A stretch of DNA of 24,000 bases from Waterburya agarophytonicola KI4. Its GTDB lineage: Bacteria; Cyanobacteriota; Cyanobacteriia; Cyanobacteriales; Xenococcaceae. This document shows, one piece after another, positions 1-9,345 of this stretch. Location: assembly GCF_020640915.1 (NCBI RefSeq), contig NZ_JADWDC010000003.1, positions 109,565 through 133,564 of the forward strand, given 5' to 3'. Numbering within the stretch: the stretch's first letter is position 1; the number at the start of each line of letters is the position of its first letter. The translations under genes were made by a program, and so were the position numbers. Below the pieces are notes generated by a model that was given only the letters and a program-made list of their open reading frames with translations, was not told where the DNA came from and searched no databases.

Positions 1-1
1 A

Positions 2-400
2 GAAACCAAACAATTAGAATTGTTGCATCAATACCACATAGATTTGGTTGTGTTGGCTAAATATATGCAAATTTTGAGTCCCAAATTGGTCGAACAGTTT
101 CCTAATGTAATTAATATTCATCATTCTTTTTTACCTGCTTTTCCTGGTGCTAAACCCTATCATCGCGCCCATACCAGAGGGGTCAAAATTATTGGTGCAA
201 CGGCTCATTATGTTACGGAAGATTTGGACGAAGGCCCAATTATCGAACAAGAAGTCGCTCGCGTAAATCATCAGGATACTGTAGCGGATTTGATTCGTAA
301 AGGAAGAGATTTGGAACGCTTAGTATTATCTCGTGCTGTTAGGTTACATTTACAGCATCGGGTATTGGTTTATGATAATAAAACCGTAGTATTTAATTAG
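2..400 (+). CDS. purU: formyltetrahydrofolate deformylase, C-terminal part (5' end lies left of the window)
   Basis: The frame is open from nt 2, and the TTG at 20 is only the first start-like codon in the window. The translation contains [21 protein letters not shown] and [19 protein letters not shown], which are formyltransferase-core signatures typical of PurU. The stop is at 398-400. Confidence 0.85.
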   Translation, partial: ETKQLELLHQYHIDLVVLAKYMQILSPKLVEQFPNVINIHHSFLPAFPGAKPYHRAHTRGVKIIGATAHYVTEDLDEGPIIEQEVARVNHQDTVADLIRKGRDLERLVLSRAVRLHLQHRVLVYDNKTVVFN

Positions 401-436
401 TTTGACTTGTAGAAAATAGTTCGAGTTAATAACTTC

Positions 437-1288
437 ATGACAACTAGTAAAAAAATTAGCCAGCAGTCGTCTTTTCGTCCCCGCAAACAGTTCGGTCAAC
501 ATTGGCTGAAAGATGAGACAGTTCTAGATCGCATCATTTTGGCAGCGGAATTAGAAAAAGGCGATCGCATTCTGGAAATTGGACCAGGAACGGGGGCTTT
601 AACTACTAGATTGTTATCTCAAGTTTCGGCTTTAGTTGCAGTGGAAATAGATCGGGATCTCTGTAAAAAATTAGTCTATAAATATGGCGATCGTGATAAT
701 TTTCTGCTAGTCCAAGAAGACTTTTTAAAATGGGATTTGGAATCTTTATTAGAAAGATTTTCTAAGTTTCAACAACCCAATAAAGTAGTTGCTAATATTC
801 CTTACAATATTACGGGACCTATTTTAGAAAAATTGCTGGGAAAAATTGCCACTCCTGCAAGCCAGCAATATCAATGTATCGTATTATTGGTGCAAAAAGA
901 AGTAGGAGAACGTTTAGTAGCCGTACCAGGAACGAAAGCTTTCGGTGCATTATCAATTCGCGTACAGTATTTAGCTAGTTGCGAGCTAATTTGTGATGTT
1001 CCTGCACGAGCTTTTTATCCACGACCAAAAGTAGATTCAGTGGTTATTAAATTACGTCCTAGAGCAATTGCCAATCCTGCTAACAATCCTCGTCAATTAG
1101 AAACACTAATCAAACTAGGTTTTGCTAGTCGTCGTAAAATGTTACGTAATAATTTAAAGAGCTTAATCGCTCTTCAAGACCTCAATCAATTGTTAGAACA
1201 ACTAAACTTTAATCCTCAATGTCGTGCTGAAGATTTGACTTTAGACAACTGGATTAGATTAAGTAATAATTTTGACTGTATGAAATAA
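437..1288 (+). CDS. rsmA: 16S rRNA (adenine1518/1519-N6)-dimethyltransferase
   Basis: 283-aa ORF with an ATG start. It has the N-terminal FGQHWL motif, the SAM-binding EIGPGTGALT motif and the NIPYNIT motif typical of the KsgA/RsmA/Erm family. Confidence 0.9.
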   Translation: MTTSKKISQQSSFRPRKQFGQHWLKDETVLDRIILAAELEKGDRILEIGPGTGALTTRLLSQVSALVAVEIDRDLCKKLVYKYGDRDNFLLVQEDFLKWDLESLLERFSKFQQPNKVVANIPYNITGPILEKLLGKIATPASQQYQCIVLLVQKEVGERLVAVPGTKAFGALSIRVQYLASCELICDVPARAFYPRPKVDSVVIKLRPRAIANPANNPRQLETLIKLGFASRRKMLRNNLKSLIALQDLNQLLEQLNFNPQCRAEDLTLDNWIRLSNNFDCMK

Positions 1289-1472
1289 TCAATCTTCTTC
1301 ACGGGAATTAACCAAGAAAACATTAAAATAAATGAAATAAAGAAATAAAGTCCTATTTACAGTCTTTTTATGATTAACTAGACCACATTAAGCCATTTAA
1401 TCAGCGTGGACGTAAATCAAACATCTATTTTCAAAAAAAATAAGCTCTACCAAAAACTTATCGATCGACAAA

Positions 1473-3413
1473 ATGCGATTTACTATTAAAAATTTACACT
1501 GGATCGATATATTGATTCTTGGTTTGACATTAATAGTAACGCTATTAGGTATTGGTAACTATGGCTTGTACGAACCCCATGAGGGTCATTTTGCGATGGT
1601 GGGACAAGAAATGCTCTGGCGCAATGATTGGATTACTCCGCACCTCAACGGCGCACCTTATTTGAATAAACCGCCCCTATTGTACTGGTCGATCGCTACT
1701 TCTATCCGTATTTTTGGTTCAACGGAATTTTCAGCTAGATTCCCAATTGCTTTTTCGGGTTGGTTGGGAATAATCATTGCTTGGAAATGGACGAGAGAGC
1801 TTTGGGGAATTAGTTCTAGTCGTATAGCTGCCTTAATGCTTTCAGTGACTTTGGGTTGGTTTATTTTTACCCATCAGATTTTGATTGATGTTTTGTTGGG
1901 AACTTTATTATTGAGCAGCAGCTATTTTCTGTGGAAATGTCTTTATCAACCCCGCTCTTGGTTTAATTGGTTTGGTGCTTATATTTCTTTGGCGTTATGT
2001 GTTTTAACTAAGGGTTTGATTGGGGGAGTTTTTCCTTTAGTTAGTTGCATCGCTTTGGTTGTTGCTCGACAAGACTGGAAGATAATCAAGCGCATCAAAC
2101 TCCATCGCGGATTATTATTGGTTGTGGCAATAGTTTTACCTTGGTTTATGGCGATCGAGCAAGCTAATCCAGGTTTTTTGCATTATTTTATCGTTAACGA
2201 ACATTTCGATCGCTTGTTAGATCGTCGCTTTCCTCCAGATTATGAAGTCTCGAAAATTAGTGCGGTTGGTTATCTGGCTATTACAGCCTGTTGGTGTCTT
2301 CCTTGGATTTTATTCTTACCATCTGTAGTTAAGTTTACTTGGAAAGAATGGCGACGAGGTTTTTTAGACAATGCTTCTATTTTGGATCGCAAAAATAGCG
2401 ATGGTATATTTTTACTGGCAATTGGAGTAATTCTGCCAATAATTTTATTTTTACCACTGTCTTCTCGTCTAATTTACTATAGTATTCCTGCTATTCCCCC
2501 TTACGTGATGTTATGTGCTGGTTGGTGGGATCAACGCAGTCGTCAGTCATTAATTACAAACCAAGCATCAACGGTAATTGACTATCCCAGATCCGATACT
2601 AATCCTCCCATTGCCTACTCTTCAACAGTGAGTACATTGTGTCAATCCACCGTACAAATCGTAAATTGTCCCATTCAAACCAAGACGCTTAATTTGTATG
2701 GTGCGATCGCAATTATTTTCGGGATCGGTTGTTATACTCTGATCTTGTTTTTGCCTGTAATAACCAATTTATTACCGACAGTTTTGCAGACTACGGAAAT
2801 AGTTTGGCTGATAATAATTGTGGCTATCTCTTTAGGTACGGGTTGGCTGATTTCAGGAATTGGAATGTTGCGACGTTCTAGTTTAGCTTGGCTGCCTTTA
2901 TTTATAGTGTTAGCAATTACTTATATCGCTACTATCAGGGGTTTCGCTCTTTACCAAGATATTCGTTCCTCAAAAAGTATAGTCAGTCAAGCCAATACTT
3001 GCTTGAGTGCGGATACTCTCTGGATCTTTGAAGGTTCGCGAGAAATTGGCGCAGCAGGTGCAATTAGCTACTATTTGAATCAAAATCGAGATGGAAATCT
3101 TATTTCCCCAAAAGACAATTCTTATCGTACCGTAATGGTTTTGGCTGATGGAGGCAAAAATCGTCTCCCGCCTCAATTCCCTGGTTCTCTACCTAAATAT
3201 CTGGTTACTCAAGCACAATTGAAACAATATTGGTATCGAGATATTCCCGTAGTGTTTATCACTGATTTTCTACGTCAACCTAACGATCTTGACGATCCCT
3301 TTGAGATCAATTTACCTCAAGCAAATATTCAACCTTACGCGATCGAAGGTCAACGCCGACTCTATCTCAATCAAGCTGCTAGAGCAATTGTACATCGGCA
3401 ATGCAATCAATAA
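1473..3413 (+). CDS. polytopic membrane glycosyltransferase, GT39/ArnT-PMT-like (GT-C fold)
   Basis: 646-aa ORF with an ATG start and many hydrophobic segments. The N-terminal YEPHEGHFAMVGQEM...YLNKPPLLYW pattern resembles ArnT/PMT_2-type lipid-linked sugar transferases. The substrate is unknown. Confidence 0.75.
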   Translation: MRFTIKNLHWIDILILGLTLIVTLLGIGNYGLYEPHEGHFAMVGQEMLWRNDWITPHLNGAPYLNKPPLLYWSIATSIRIFGSTEFSARFPIAFSGWLGIIIAWKWTRELWGISSSRIAALMLSVTLGWFIFTHQILIDVLLGTLLLSSSYFLWKCLYQPRSWFNWFGAYISLALCVLTKGLIGGVFPLVSCIALVVARQDWKIIKRIKLHRGLLLVVAIVLPWFMAIEQANPGFLHYFIVNEHFDRLLDRRFPPDYEVSKISAVGYLAITACWCLPWILFLPSVVKFTWKEWRRGFLDNASILDRKNSDGIFLLAIGVILPIILFLPLSSRLIYYSIPAIPPYVMLCAGWWDQRSRQSLITNQASTVIDYPRSDTNPPIAYSSTVSTLCQSTVQIVNCPIQTKTLNLYGAIAIIFGIGCYTLILFLPVITNLLPTVLQTTEIVWLIIIVAISLGTGWLISGIGMLRRSSLAWLPLFIVLAITYIATIRGFALYQDIRSSKSIVSQANTCLSADTLWIFEGSREIGAAGAISYYLNQNRDGNLISPKDNSYRTVMVLADGGKNRLPPQFPGSLPKYLVTQAQLKQYWYRDIPVVFITDFLRQPNDLDDPFEINLPQANIQPYAIEGQRRLYLNQAARAIVHRQCNQ

Positions 3414-3662
3414 AAAATAGCCATGGAACATAATTTTTGGTCGATCTACCAAAATCCTTCAAACTGCATAAAATCGTCTTATTCTCTCATAGTAATAAGT
3501 AGTCCAAACCCTTTAGCTTGTTAGGGAAGTGTTTGGATCGTAGCTTTGTAGATGGTGCTTTATGTACTTTCTACACGCTACTTATAGCGGTTCTGATTTT
3601 AATAAAGAAATATTTTAATGGTAGTTATTTTGTGGTATTTAACTTTGAAAAGGTGACTTATA

Positions 3663-4823
3663 ATGTTGCTTTCTCAAAGTTTTTTTGTGTTCATGAGAAA
3701 AAATAATTGCTCGATCGCTTTACTAGATCGTTATTTAATTAATCAGTTAATTCCCCATTTATTATTTGCGATCGCAATTTGTACTATCCTCAGCGAATTG
3801 ATTGGTATTTCTTTTGAACAGATTAAGTTTGTGGCGATGGAAGGTTTACCTGTTGGTATTATGGCTCAAGTCCATTATCTCAAACTACCTGCGTTTTTGG
3901 CTTTATCATTGCCTTTATCCTTGTTGATGGCGACAATTATTACCTATAGTAAGCTATCAGCAAGAAATGAAATTGTAGCGATGGGGAGTTATGGTATTAG
4001 TCTCTATCGTATGGTTGCGCCAGCAATGGCGATCGCTTTAAGTATGGCAGGCTTAATGTTTGCATTGAATGAATTTGTTGTCCCTCCTGCTAATTATCAA
4101 GCAGCAATTATTTTAGAGCAGGAATGGCAGGTGGATCGGACTCAATTAGCTAAATATAATAAACGAGAAATTGTCTATCAAAAGTTTGTTGATGATGGGA
4201 TAAAGTCTAGTTTGAAATTTCTTTTTTTTGCCGATCACTTTGATGGTCAAGATATGCAAGGAATTACTTTTTTGGAATATCAAGATAGCCAATTAAGCAG
4301 AATAATTACTGCCAAAATAGGAAGATGGAGCGTTCGGCAAGAACTTTGGCAGCTATTTGACGGTCATCAAGAGATAATTGATGCAGATGGTTTTTATACT
4401 CAAACTAAAGATTTCGATTTACTTTTACTTCAATTGAGCCGAGATATTTTTGACTATGCTAATCACCATCGCGACAATCGTGAAATGAGTATTTTTGAGT
4501 TATATCAACGGCTAAATGTTATCCTTCATACTAATAATAAAAAAATCCTGCGTCAGCTAAAAATTGCCATCCACGAGAGATATGCTTTGCCATTTTCTTG
4601 TCTAATTTTTGCTCTTTTGGGTACGGGTTTGGGTATGAAAACGGGAACTAAAACTAAATCTAATGGAATGGCGATCGCTGGAATGACAATTTTTATTTAT
4701 TATTCCGCTCAATTTATCGCCACAGCTCTAACTAGCAATGGCTTTTTGCCGTTACTTTTAGGTGTATGGTTGCCAAATTGTATAGGTCTATTTTTAAGTA
4801 TTTATTTCCTCAAACCCGTTTGA
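3663..4823 (+). CDS. LptF/LptG-family (YjgP/YjgQ) permease
   Basis: 386-aa ORF. The LDRYLINQLIPHLLFAIAICT N-terminus, a central soluble (beta-jellyroll-like) region flanked by TM segments, and C-terminal TM helices fit the LptF/LptG architecture. AAGGTG lies 7 nt upstream of the ATG at 3663. An alternative start at 3693 (MRKNN) is possible. Confidence 0.8.
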   Translation: MLLSQSFFVFMRKNNCSIALLDRYLINQLIPHLLFAIAICTILSELIGISFEQIKFVAMEGLPVGIMAQVHYLKLPAFLALSLPLSLLMATIITYSKLSARNEIVAMGSYGISLYRMVAPAMAIALSMAGLMFALNEFVVPPANYQAAIILEQEWQVDRTQLAKYNKREIVYQKFVDDGIKSSLKFLFFADHFDGQDMQGITFLEYQDSQLSRIITAKIGRWSVRQELWQLFDGHQEIIDADGFYTQTKDFDLLLLQLSRDIFDYANHHRDNREMSIFELYQRLNVILHTNNKKILRQLKIAIHERYALPFSCLIFALLGTGLGMKTGTKTKSNGMAIAGMTIFIYYSAQFIATALTSNGFLPLLLGVWLPNCIGLFLSIYFLKPV

Positions 4824-5090
4824 TAAACTAATATTTAGGCTGAAAGCATAACATTAGTTAATTATTCTCACTCCAACTGAGGTTAAACGTAATATTTAAG
4901 GTTTAGATTGCCGAAACTTGCTAAACTGATCGTGGTTATAATTAGTTTCTTCTCTAAGATCTGGCAAAAATATTGTTGGAGAAGCAATTTTTTGCTATTT
5001 GTTTCTAGATCGGGTTCGCACTTTTTATTTAGTTCAGATTAGTAACGACAAAATTAGTATTGAGGTTCGAGCAAAAGTTTTTAAATAGTT

Positions 5091-8000
5091 ATGTCAATTA
5101 TTCACGGCAGTTGGATTGTTAATTCTGGTCAAAATTATTTTTTTATTTGGGGAGAAACTTGGCGATCGCTAGTTAATGAAAAGTTCTCTCTCAATAAATC
5201 GGGAGATTTTATTCATCCCTTCGATCTATCCCAACAAGAATTATTAGATCTCTGCCAAAGTCATCAATTAGACATTCTAGATTTATTAAATCAAAGCACC
5301 TGGCAAACTCAATTGGTAGGAATGCCAACTATCGTTACAGGGACAGAAGATAGTAAAAAAATTCAACCAGTTTTTGCAGGAGATATTGTCGAATCAGAAG
5401 CTAGTTTAGATTTGTATTTATGGGAAGTAAAAGGATTTCGTTTGACCCCCCAGCAAACAGTTGAATTGTTACAAGTTTTATCCTTTAGCTCGTTACAATC
5501 GAGCGTTCAATATTTGGCAGGAGATATTTGTTTTTGGTCGCATATTTATCGCTGGGTTTTAGATTTAATTGTCCGACAAAAATTCTTACCAGGAATTGAT
5601 GAGAGTGGTTCGAGAAAAACACCACCAAAAAGTATTTGGCAGCCAATTATTGATAGTGAAGTAGATCGAGTCAGACTGGCTAAATTTATTCAGACTATTC
5701 CCGAAGCTTGTTTGGCTTATTTAGATGCAGAAAAGTCTCAAGCTAATACTACCGATGAAGAGCTACTATTGCGATCGCTTTCTATTATGTTAGATAGTAG
5801 ATTGCGGACTTGGATTGATTATCAACCTAATGGGGTTAAAGATAGCATCGTTCAACCTTGGTTACAATCTTTAGCTCAATCTCCCAAAATAGAGGGGAAT
5901 AATCAGAGTATCAAACGCTTAAGTAATGCTTTATATAATTGGACATTACCTATTAGTGAATATATTGTCGATCCTCACAATAATAATTTAGGACAAAATC
6001 GCTATCGGGTTTGTTTTGTGCTGACTCCCCCCGCAGAAACTACTGACGATACAATCCAGAATGATTGGTCTTTGAATTATTATCTACAAGCATTAGATGA
6101 TAGTAATTTTGTGATTAATGCAGGAGTAGTTTGGCAATGTGCCAAAGAATTTTTAAATATAGGCGATCGCACCATTGAAAATCCTCAAGAAACTCTCTTA
6201 AAAGGCTTGGGATTAGCAACTCGTATTTATAGTCCGATTGCAGATAGTTTAGAAAAAAGTCAACCCATCAGTTGCGTACTCAATCCAATTCAAGTTTATG
6301 AATTTATTAGAGCGATCGCTTGGCAATTAAAAGATAATGGTTTGGGGGTTATTTTACCTCCTGGTTTGACTCAAGGAAATAGCGAACAAAGATTGGGCAT
6401 TAAAATGACTGCTAGCGTCAATCAAAGAAAAGGAGAACGCTTAAGTCTGCAAAGTATGCTGAAATATAAATTAGAAATTGCTGTCGGCGATCGCAGTGTT
6501 TCTAAGCGAGATTTTAAAAAATTACTGGCACAAAAGTCTCCTATAGTTGAGATAGATGGACAATGGATTGCCCTACAACCAGCGGATGTGAGGGCTGCAC
6601 AAGCAGTATTAGACAAGTCCAACGAACAGTTAGATTTATCAGTTGAGGATGCCCTACGTTTGTCCACTGGCGACACTAAAACTCTAGCAAAATTACCTGT
6701 AGTTAAGTTTGAAACCACGGGAGTTTTATCTGGATTGTTAGATAATTTGAGCGATAATAAAGCAGTCGAAGCTGTCAATAATATTAAAGGTTTTAAAGGA
6801 GAATTACGCCCTTATCAAGCCAAAGGAGTAGGTTGGTTATCTTTCTTAGAAACTTGGGGTTTAGGTGCTTGTCTGGCAGATGATATGGGACTTGGTAAAA
6901 CTATTCAGTTGATAGGATTTATCTTAAATCTCAAACAACAAAAGCTATTAACTAAGCCTACTTTATTAGTTTGTCCAACTTCTGTAATTAATAATTGGGA
7001 ACGAGAAGTTAAAAAATTTGCCCCCACCTTAAAAACAGTAATTCATCATGGAGATAAACGAGAACAAGGTAAAACTTTTAGCAAACAAGTTAAAGATTGT
7101 CAGTTAGTAATTACCAGCTATTCCCTAGTTCATCGCGATCTTAAAACTCTCTCAGGTATCCAATGGCAAGGGGTAGTATTAGATGAAGCCCAAAATATCA
7201 AAAACCCTTCGGCAAAACAGTCTCAGGCTGTACGAGATGTCCCCGCAGGATTTCGGATTGCTTTAACAGGAACGCCTGTAGAAAATAGATTGACAGAATT
7301 ATGGTCAATTCTAGACTTCCTCAATCCTGGCTTTTTGGGCAATCGAAACTTCTTCCAAAAAAGATTTGCTGCACCGATCGAAAAATATGGCGATCGCGAA
7401 TCTTTAAATGTACTTAGATCTCTAACACAACCTTTTATTCTGCGCCGTTTAAAAACTGACAAAAATATCATTCAAGACTTACCCGAAAAGCAAGAAATGA
7501 ATGTTTATTGCGGTCTTTCTGTCGAACAAGCAGAACTATATCAACAGTTAGTTGATAATTCATTAGAAGAAATAGAAGATTCTGATGGCATCAAACGTCG
7601 GGGATTAATTCTCACCTTATTATTACGCCTCAAACAACTTTGCAATCACCCCAAATTACTCCAAAATAATCAAGGCAAAAAAGTCCAAATAGATCCCGAA
7701 TACTTTAGCGAACGTTCTGGCAAACTATTACGTTTAGAAGAAATGCTAGAAGAGATTGTCGACGAAGGCGATCGGGCTTTAATCTTTACTCAGTTTTCTG
7801 AATGGGGCAGAATGTTACAACCCTATTTGTCAGAGAAATTAAAAGGAGAAGTGTTATTTTTATATGGCGCAACTCCCCGTCTAGCTAGACAGGAAATGGT
7901 AGATCGTTTTCAAAACGAACCCAATGGCCCCAAAATATTTATCTTATCTCTAAAAGCTGGAGGAACGGGACTTAATTTAACTAGAGCAAATCATGTATTT

Positions 8001-8261
8001 CATGTCGATCGCTGGTGGAATCCTGCGGTAGAAAATCAAGCAACAGATCGGGCATTTCGGATCGGACAAAAACGCAACGTACAGGTACACAAATTCGTTT
8101 GTACAGGTACTTTAGAAGAAAAAATTAGCGACATCATTGAAAGCAAAAAAGAGCTAGCAGAACAGACTGTAAATGCTGGGGAACAATGGTTAACCGATTT
8201 AGATACTAATAGTTTGCGTAGTTTATTACTATTAGATCGCGATGCGGTAATAGAAGATTAA
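5091..8261 (+). CDS. SNF2-family ATP-dependent helicase/translocase with a large N-terminal accessory domain
   Basis: 1056-aa ORF. The helicase core runs from about nt 6801 (ELRPYQAKGVGWL) and carries LADDMGLGKT (motif I), LDEAQNIKN (motif II), ALTGTPVENR (III), SLKAGGTGLNL (V) and DRWWNPAVENQATDRAFRIGQ (VI). The N-terminal ~570 aa (HGSWI...FFIWGETW) resemble the SNF2-helicase-associated N-domain seen in cyanobacterial homologues. Confidence 0.9.
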   Translation: MSIIHGSWIVNSGQNYFFIWGETWRSLVNEKFSLNKSGDFIHPFDLSQQELLDLCQSHQLDILDLLNQSTWQTQLVGMPTIVTGTEDSKKIQPVFAGDIVESEASLDLYLWEVKGFRLTPQQTVELLQVLSFSSLQSSVQYLAGDICFWSHIYRWVLDLIVRQKFLPGIDESGSRKTPPKSIWQPIIDSEVDRVRLAKFIQTIPEACLAYLDAEKSQANTTDEELLLRSLSIMLDSRLRTWIDYQPNGVKDSIVQPWLQSLAQSPKIEGNNQSIKRLSNALYNWTLPISEYIVDPHNNNLGQNRYRVCFVLTPPAETTDDTIQNDWSLNYYLQALDDSNFVINAGVVWQCAKEFLNIGDRTIENPQETLLKGLGLATRIYSPIADSLEKSQPISCVLNPIQVYEFIRAIAWQLKDNGLGVILPPGLTQGNSEQRLGIKMTASVNQRKGERLSLQSMLKYKLEIAVGDRSVSKRDFKKLLAQKSPIVEIDGQWIALQPADVRAAQAVLDKSNEQLDLSVEDALRLSTGDTKTLAKLPVVKFETTGVLSGLLDNLSDNKAVEAVNNIKGFKGELRPYQAKGVGWLSFLETWGLGACLADDMGLGKTIQLIGFILNLKQQKLLTKPTLLVCPTSVINNWEREVKKFAPTLKTVIHHGDKREQGKTFSKQVKDCQLVITSYSLVHRDLKTLSGIQWQGVVLDEAQNIKNPSAKQSQAVRDVPAGFRIALTGTPVENRLTELWSILDFLNPGFLGNRNFFQKRFAAPIEKYGDRESLNVLRSLTQPFILRRLKTDKNIIQDLPEKQEMNVYCGLSVEQAELYQQLVDNSLEEIEDSDGIKRRGLILTLLLRLKQLCNHPKLLQNNQGKKVQIDPEYFSERSGKLLRLEEMLEEIVDEGDRALIFTQFSEWGRMLQPYLSEKLKGEVLFLYGATPRLARQEMVDRFQNEPNGPKIFILSLKAGGTGLNLTRANHVFHVDRWWNPAVENQATDRAFRIGQKRNVQVHKFVCTGTLEEKISDIIESKKELAEQTVNAGEQWLTDLDTNSLRSLLLLDRDAVIED

Positions 8262-8638
8262 TGAAATTATTTATTCAATTATTAATCTCGATCCAAAAAT
8301 ATTGGATCTCCCTAACATTATTTATACTGACAATTATTACTCTTCTTTCTCTTTCGCCCCTAGATGAATTGCCTCCCATACCTGGTACGGATAAAACTCA
8401 CCACTTTATTGCTTATGCTGCTTTAATGTTTCCCACTGCCATCAAAAAACCAAACTATATTTTGGCGATCGCATTATTCTTGATTGCCTGGAGTGGCGCG
8501 ATCGAATTATTGCAGCCATACGTTAACCGTTATGGAGATCCGCGCGATCTTTTAGCCAATATAATGGGTTTATTCTGTAGTTGGGCGATCGTTAACCTAA
8601 TGAGAAAATTTTTTCCGATAGATCCCGATCCAAAATAA
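8261..8638 (+). CDS. VanZ-family small membrane protein
   Basis: 125-aa ORF with about 4 TM segments. It has TDKTHHFIAYAALMF and ELLQPYVNRYGDPRDLLANIMG, matching the VanZ-like DK..H...Y and R...D...AN..G patterns. Its ATG at 8261-8263 overlaps the helicase TAA at 8259-8261 (TAATG). Confidence 0.75.
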   Translation: MKLFIQLLISIQKYWISLTLFILTIITLLSLSPLDELPPIPGTDKTHHFIAYAALMFPTAIKKPNYILAIALFLIAWSGAIELLQPYVNRYGDPRDLLANIMGLFCSWAIVNLMRKFFPIDPDPK

Positions 8639-8705
8639 CTTCAGTAAATAATACTAAAAGCGATCGCCTATTGGGCGGAAACAAAATGAGGGTGTTTGTT
8701 CGTCA

Positions 8706-9326
8706 ATGGCTTGGGGAAGAATTGTTAAAATCAATTATTTTATGGAAATTATTCTGGCACTCTGTTTGGGCGTAACTCTTAGTGCAGCTTCGGGATTTCG
8801 CATCTTTCTACCTCCTTTAGCTATGAGTTTGGCTTCCTTATCTGGCAATTTAGAACTATCTTCAGGATTTGGCTGGGTGGGGACATATCCTACGGCGATC
8901 GCTTTGGGTATTGCTACTCTAGTGGAGATTTTGGCTTATTATATCCCCGTCGTCGATAACTTGTTAGATGCGATCGAAATACCAACCGCTATTGCTATCG
9001 GGACATTATTAACTGCTGCCAATTTAGGTGATATCGATCCCTTATTACAATGGAGTATCGCGGCGATCGCAGGTGGCGGTACAGCGGGTATTATTGAAAC
9101 TTTCACTGCCATGACACGAGCAGCTTCTACAGGAATGACTGGGGGGACGGGAAACTTTTTAGTATCTACTACCGAAGCTTTAAGTGCTGGTATCTTATCT
9201 ATTTTGGCAATCTTCGTGCCTATTTTTGCAGCAGCTTTAGTTTTGGGCTTGTTGATTATGGCGATGGTCAAATTACCTAAATTCATCAAATCTTGGCAGC
9301 GACGCAAACGGCGCAAAAGTAGATAA
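8706..9326 (+). CDS. Gly/Ala-rich integral membrane protein, DUF4126-like
   Basis: 206-aa ORF with several hydrophobic helices and a basic RRKRRKSR tail. The MEIILALCLGVTLSAASGFRIFLPPL N-terminus matches my recollection of the DUF4126 family, so the real start may be the ATG at 8742. The family call is unverified. Confidence 0.5.
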   Translation: MAWGRIVKINYFMEIILALCLGVTLSAASGFRIFLPPLAMSLASLSGNLELSSGFGWVGTYPTAIALGIATLVEILAYYIPVVDNLLDAIEIPTAIAIGTLLTAANLGDIDPLLQWSIAAIAGGGTAGIIETFTAMTRAASTGMTGGTGNFLVSTTEALSAGILSILAIFVPIFAAALVLGLLIMAMVKLPKFIKSWQRRKRRKSR

Positions 9327-9345
9327 TTGGCGATCGCTTATTGGC

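Noticed and set aside
3503-3537. Imperfect hairpin TCCAAAC-CCT...AGG-gaagt-GTTTGGA downstream of the GT39 gene as a terminator or RNA element
   Set aside because: It has an internal bulge and no U-tract on either strand, and I have no supporting conservation information. It is too weak to call.
3518-3706. 62-aa TTG-start ORF upstream of and overlapping the LptF/LptG-family gene
   Set aside because: It has a non-ATG start, an AT-rich low-complexity product, and overlaps the better-supported permease start in another frame. It is more likely leader or spacer sequence.
6422-7471. Antisense ORFs 6422-6778 (118 aa) and 7223-7471 (82 aa) inside the SNF2 helicase gene
   Set aside because: They lie entirely within a motif-rich, well-supported CDS on the opposite strand. 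Their translations are low-complexity with no recognisable motifs, so they are typical shadow ORFs.
5091-8261. SNF2 helicase as part of a known defence system (DISARM DrmD, Zorya ZorD, BREX-associated)
   Set aside because: No partner genes are present: no methyltransferase, DrmA/B/C, ZorA/B/C, PglZ or nuclease domain. The N-domain resembles the conserved cyanobacterial housekeeping-type homologue. I kept only the VanZ coupling as a finding.
8939-9316. 125-aa minus-strand ORF overlapping the DUF4126-like gene
   Set aside because: This is a shadow of a Gly/Ala-rich coding frame. It has no independent start context or terminator, and the plus-strand ORF has coherent TM-helix structure.
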